The translations under genes were made by a program, and so were the position numbers. A stretch of DNA of 64,000 nucleotides from a virus, in IMG/VR virus record IMGVR_UViG_3300025030_000050, positions 1 to 64,000 of that record; one strand, written 5' to 3'. Of this stretch, positions 60,148-64,000 are shown in pieces (within the stretch, counting starts at the first letter, position 1; every line of letters begins with the position of its first letter). Under the pieces are notes generated by a model. It ran no database searches. It had not been told where the DNA came from and saw nothing but the letters and a program-made list of their open reading frames with translations.

Positions 60148-63100
60148 TATACACTCCCAATAGCACTAATTAATTCTACATCTCCACTTCTAATAGCAGA
60201 AACAACAAGATCAGAAATAGTCTTATCCCCTATTTTAATAGTCAAGTTAATTCCACCTTCTCCAGGGATTAAATATGGTTCAATAGCTTTTAAAATACCT
60301 GCTCCAATTTTTTCACCATCAACTAAAACATCGGAAGTGCTGACAACAAGATTTCTTAAAGTTCCACTTGGTCCAAATAATTCATTATACAAATCTTTAT
60401 AATCGGTTTCATCACCAGTAAAATTCTTTAAAAATGGCAGATATTGTGAAGATACAAAATCCATCAATGAATTTGTTGCATCCGTATCCCCAGATCTTGA
60501 TAAGCCCAATAATTCATTATACCTATTCTGATATTGTTCAACGCTTTGAACAGGAGCGAGGTCACTAAATTGAATATTGTTCACAAAATCAAGATAATCC
60601 TTTACAAGCTGAATCATCGGATTTACATCAAGAGATTGAGACGTTGCTTTAATTTGATCTACTTGGACTTTATATGCTTGATTTAGAACTCCAAGATTCA
60701 TGCCCAAACTATTAGCTAAAGCAGTTTGTTCTTCATACCACTTATTCAATTGCTTGAGTTGGTATTCAGCATCAGTCATGGTATTTTTGTCAATTATGTC
60801 CTGCCAACTTGCTTGCAATTCTTTAATTTGTGTAATATAATCAAAAATCGCCTGAATTCCACTCATAGCTATATCAATATTTTCCAAAGCCTTTGTAAGA
60901 CCTGCTTCGTCAGATATTTTCCCTATTTTCATTATATCCAATGCATCTGTCAAAGCGGCTTGAATTTTGTTTTTAGCAATATTAGAAAAAACAGAAAGAT
61001 CTAATTCATTAAAATCACTTTGTAATGCTTTTCTCATAATGCCAACACTACCAGAAATTAAGGGAGTGATAACACCAGAAGTAAATGCTTTTACAACATT
61101 AGCAACAGTTGCCTGTGCCTCACCAGCGTCTTCAGCCTGATAATATTGACCAATGGTAATTGCGCTAGATTTTGGCTTGTTGCCAACAATAGTACTACCA
61201 GAAGTAAAAGAGCTTTCTCGACTTCCAACGGCAACGGCACTAAAATTCTTTAAAAATGTTTCATATTGATTAGAAGCGGCTTTGCCGAACATTGAAATCT
61301 GACTAGAAAACATTGATGTTAGCTGATTCAAAGCAGAAGATAAAGAGCCTGTCAATGCATCAGCCGCTGGCGCAAAACTAGCACTGCCTCCTTTTCTATC
61401 ATATGGAGTATTTTTACCTGTTTGGACAAATCCTTGACCAGATTTATAATCTAATGTATAATTACTATACATATAAGCGCGTTCTTTATTATTCCCAAAT
61501 AAAGAGCCAACCCCCAAAGCACCTAACATTCCACCAAGAATTGCCCCGATACCAGCACCCCATGGACCAAAATAAGCTCCAACTTGTGCGCCTGCATATG
61601 CACCAGCGCCAGCGCCAGCGCCCTCAGCAGCAGATTGTCCAAAATCTTTACCATTTAATAAGCCCGCAATAAAAGTAGTGATACCAGCAGTCCAACCACC
61701 AAAGGCGGCACTTGACATGTTGGAAACACCAAATGCGGCAGAATCAAGGGCATTACCAAACATATTAGTTGAGGTAGTTAGGGAGTTTACAGACGATGCC
61801 ATATTGGTAAGGCCCCAAGAAACACTACTTTGCAGTGCAGCCGACGATGCTGCATAAGAACCAGGATTTAAGACCTCATTCCCTAAAGACAATGCTCCAG
61901 GTAGATATGAACCATTAGAAGCCATAGCCGCAGAAGAAACGCCAGCCGCACCACCTAATGAACTTAAAGAGCTGCTTAAACTGCCGCTACTCCCACTCAC
62001 CTGCATTTGAGTCTGACCCCAAAGCCAAGCACTCACCATTTCAGCAACAGCTTTTTTAAACAAATCATTTAAAGAATCAATATCAAATTTCCAATCATAT
62101 AACCACTGAGCAGTTAGATCTTGTAGATTGTCATACATGTTCTCCCAAATTCTTTCTACCTTTTTTCTAAATTCATCATGTTCATATTCTAATTGCTTTA
62201 TACCATTATTTTTAGCATCTAATAACGCTTCTTTATATTCTTTTGCCTTTTCAGTTGGGAAAACAGGTTGTTCTCCTTGTGCAATAAGTTTCTCATTTGC
62301 AGCTATTACGCCATTTAAAACCTCTATCATTTTCTCATATTCTATATTAAGAGAATGAAGGCCCTTTTGTAATGGAGTTAAATTCCCACTTTCATTATAT
62401 TTATTAACAAATTCATCAAGCTTATCAGTTAATTTGCTAATATCTCCTTTAAGAATTTGAGCGTTTAAATCTTTAATTGTTTGCTCAAGTTTTTTGCCTT
62501 CGGGACTCGCTTTTTTTAAATATTCAGCCAGCAACTCCAAATTTTTATTATATTTTTGTAAAGCGCTGTCTCCTTTATCAAAAGCAGATGCTTGTGATTC
62601 CAGTCTATTTTGTAAAGTTTCTAAAGAAGAGTCTGCCTTCATAGCAGCTTTATTTTTATCAAACTCTATAGATGCAGCCATAAGATCAGCAGATAAATTC
62701 TTAGCGGCATTACCAGCTTTCTCAATTCTTAATCTCCATTCATCAGTAACTAATAAAGCCGCCATCTCAGAAGCTTTAGATTCATCCAAGGCCGAATCTT
62801 TTACTTTAATTTTATCAATTAATTGCTGAAGGTCGTTGATTGTTTTCTCATTATCAATACCTTTAGACGTAGCCATAATCATATCTACATATTTTTGGCT
62901 ATTTTCCCCCGCCATAGCAATCGTTGCTTGCCATTCTTTACTAGCTAAAGTCGCGGCCATTTCAGACTCTTTAGATTTGTCCAAAGCCGCAGTTTTAATA
63001 TTTAACGAATCAGCTAATTGCTGAAGCTTTTTTTGAGCAGTTAGAGAATCAATAGAACCGGCTGTTTTATTCACCTCTGCCGTAAGCTTCTCTAGTTCAT

Positions 63101-64000
63101 TTCTTGCATTATATCCACCATCTTTTAAGCTATTTAAATCTTCTGCGAACTGTCCGGTAATCATTTTTGCATTAGCTTCAGCAGCAGCAGAATTGTTAGT
63201 TGATTCTTTTAGTTCTTCAAGTTTTGTTTTTAAAGAGGATAAATATTCTTTTACTTTCGTAGTTTTTTCAGAAATATCCGATGGGGATAGTGTGCCCTCA
63301 ATTGCGGGGATTATTTCAGAGCTTATGGTACTACTTGTTTCTGTTTTACCATAGATAATTTGGTCTGACTTTTGTTTCCTCACTTCCATTTCAGCTTGCA
63401 ATTGCAATGCTTTTTCAGCTTCTTTATTAGTCAATCCTAATTTATCAGCCAATTGGCTAAATTTATCTACTAAAGTACCTAAAAAACCCCAAGCCTGAAG
63501 GCCGGAAAAATAATAAACAAATTTCCCGCCTAATTCAACAAGGTATAGCATCCCGCTTATTAATTTACTTATTCCCTTACTTGTCATTGTTAATGAGCCA
63601 TCTGCATTCATTAACAATGCGTTCCACTTTTCAGCTAAAGAAATAAGATTCTCATAAGTCCGCTTAAACCCGTCTCTTAAAATCCTATTGTGAATAGTCT
63701 CCATAGTAGAACCGATTACAGCCCAGTTGTGCTGTAAATCTTTACTTGCAGGGCCAAAACCAACAAGTAAAGCGCCTACCTTTTCTATTAACACACCTTG
63801 TTGTCGCCACGTAACAAGGTGAGATTTTATTTCAGGGTCAATTGACTGAAGGGTTTTGACTAAAATATTAGAATCTCTCAACTGGCCCTGAACCAAAGAC
63901 CTGATCTCTTGTCTCATTTGGATTTCTTGGTTCTGGCCTTGGGTCAAGAGTTTTAAAGCATTTGCTATATTGGTGAATCCGTCCAATGTGCCTTGATTAG
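60147..64000 (-). CDS. tape measure protein (5' partial)
   Basis: >1279-aa Ala/Lys-rich helical ORF with a glycine-zipper segment; frame stays open to the window edge. Confidence 0.85.
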   Translation of the reverse strand, partial: NQGTLDGFTNIANALKLLTQGQNQEIQMRQEIRSLVQGQLRDSNILVKTLQSIDPEIKSHLVTWRQQGVLIEKVGALLVGFGPASKDLQHNWAVIGSTMETIHNRILRDGFKRTYENLISLAEKWNALLMNADGSLTMTSKGISKLISGMLYLVELGGKFVYYFSGLQAWGFLGTLVDKFSQLADKLGLTNKEAEKALQLQAEMEVRKQKSDQIIYGKTETSSTISSEIIPAIEGTLSPSDISEKTTKVKEYLSSLKTKLEELKESTNNSAAAEANAKMITGQFAEDLNSLKDGGYNARNELEKLTAEVNKTAGSIDSLTAQKKLQQLADSLNIKTAALDKSKESEMAATLASKEWQATIAMAGENSQKYVDMIMATSKGIDNEKTINDLQQLIDKIKVKDSALDESKASEMAALLVTDEWRLRIEKAGNAAKNLSADLMAASIEFDKNKAAMKADSSLETLQNRLESQASAFDKGDSALQKYNKNLELLAEYLKKASPEGKKLEQTIKDLNAQILKGDISKLTDKLDEFVNKYNESGNLTPLQKGLHSLNIEYEKMIEVLNGVIAANEKLIAQGEQPVFPTEKAKEYKEALLDAKNNGIKQLEYEHDEFRKKVERIWENMYDNLQDLTAQWLYDWKFDIDSLNDLFKKAVAEMVSAWLWGQTQMQVSGSSGSLSSSLSSLGGAAGVSSAAMASNGSYLPGALSLGNEVLNPGSYAASSAALQSSVSWGLTNMASSVNSLTTSTNMFGNALDSAAFGVSNMSSAAFGGWTAGITTFIAGLLNGKDFGQSAAEGAGAGAGAYAGAQVGAYFGPWGAGIGAILGGMLGALGVGSLFGNNKERAYMYSNYTLDYKSGQGFVQTGKNTPYDRKGGSASFAPAADALTGSLSSALNQLTSMFSSQISMFGKAASNQYETFLKNFSAVAVGSRESSFTSGSTIVGNKPKSSAITIGQYYQAEDAGEAQATVANVVKAFTSGVITPLISGSVGIMRKALQSDFNELDLSVFSNIAKNKIQAALTDALDIMKIGKISDEAGLTKALENIDIAMSGIQAIFDYITQIKELQASWQDIIDKNTMTDAEYQLKQLNKWYEEQTALANSLGMNLGVLNQAYKVQVDQIKATSQSLDVNPMIQLVKDYLDFVNNIQFSDLAPVQSVEQYQNRYNELLGLSRSGDTDATNSLMDFVSSQYLPFLKNFTGDETDYKDLYNELFGPSGTLRNLVVSTSDVLVDGEKIGAGILKAIEPYLIPGEGGINLTIKIGDKTISDLVVSAIRSGDVELISAIGSV

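Noticed and set aside
1-64000. Stop-codon reassignment
   Set aside because: Long conserved genes are uninterrupted in code 11 and end at TAA, TAG and TGA; no suppressor tRNA was seen.

Overview
AT-rich segment of a large tailed dsDNA phage genome (siphovirus-like tail module); no host chromosomal genes are apparent. Positions 1-53.9 kb are almost all + strand early/middle genes. Replication genes include an HTH initiator with an internal 22-bp iteron array, a DnaB-like helicase, primase, DnaE fused to a degenerate UDG-like domain, DNA ligase and SSB. Recombination genes include RecA, a 5'-3' exonuclease, a RuvC-like resolvase, SbcD and an SbcC split into two genes. Nucleotide metabolism genes include NrdJ, dUTPase, ThyX-like, nucleotidase and kinase. 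RNA-handling genes include an RNA ligase, a CCA-like nucleotidyltransferase, a deaminase, phosphoesterases and an RtcB remnant. Many small hypothetical ORFs lie between them. From 53.9 kb to the end the - strand carries late genes (cell-wall hydrolase, tailspike, tail proteins, partial tape measure). The most striking unexplained signal is a set of tRNA-shaped RNAs, none of which looks able to decode. Two have the anticodon loop replaced by a tetraloop (one also with a hugely expanded variable region), one has a pseudoknot-like core between an intact acceptor stem and T arm, and one has a CAT anticodon but a broken acceptor stem. Also notable are two further structured RNAs and a three-copy dispersed ~120-bp periodic DNA element. 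All calls are from reading motifs by eye; no searches or folding programs were run.
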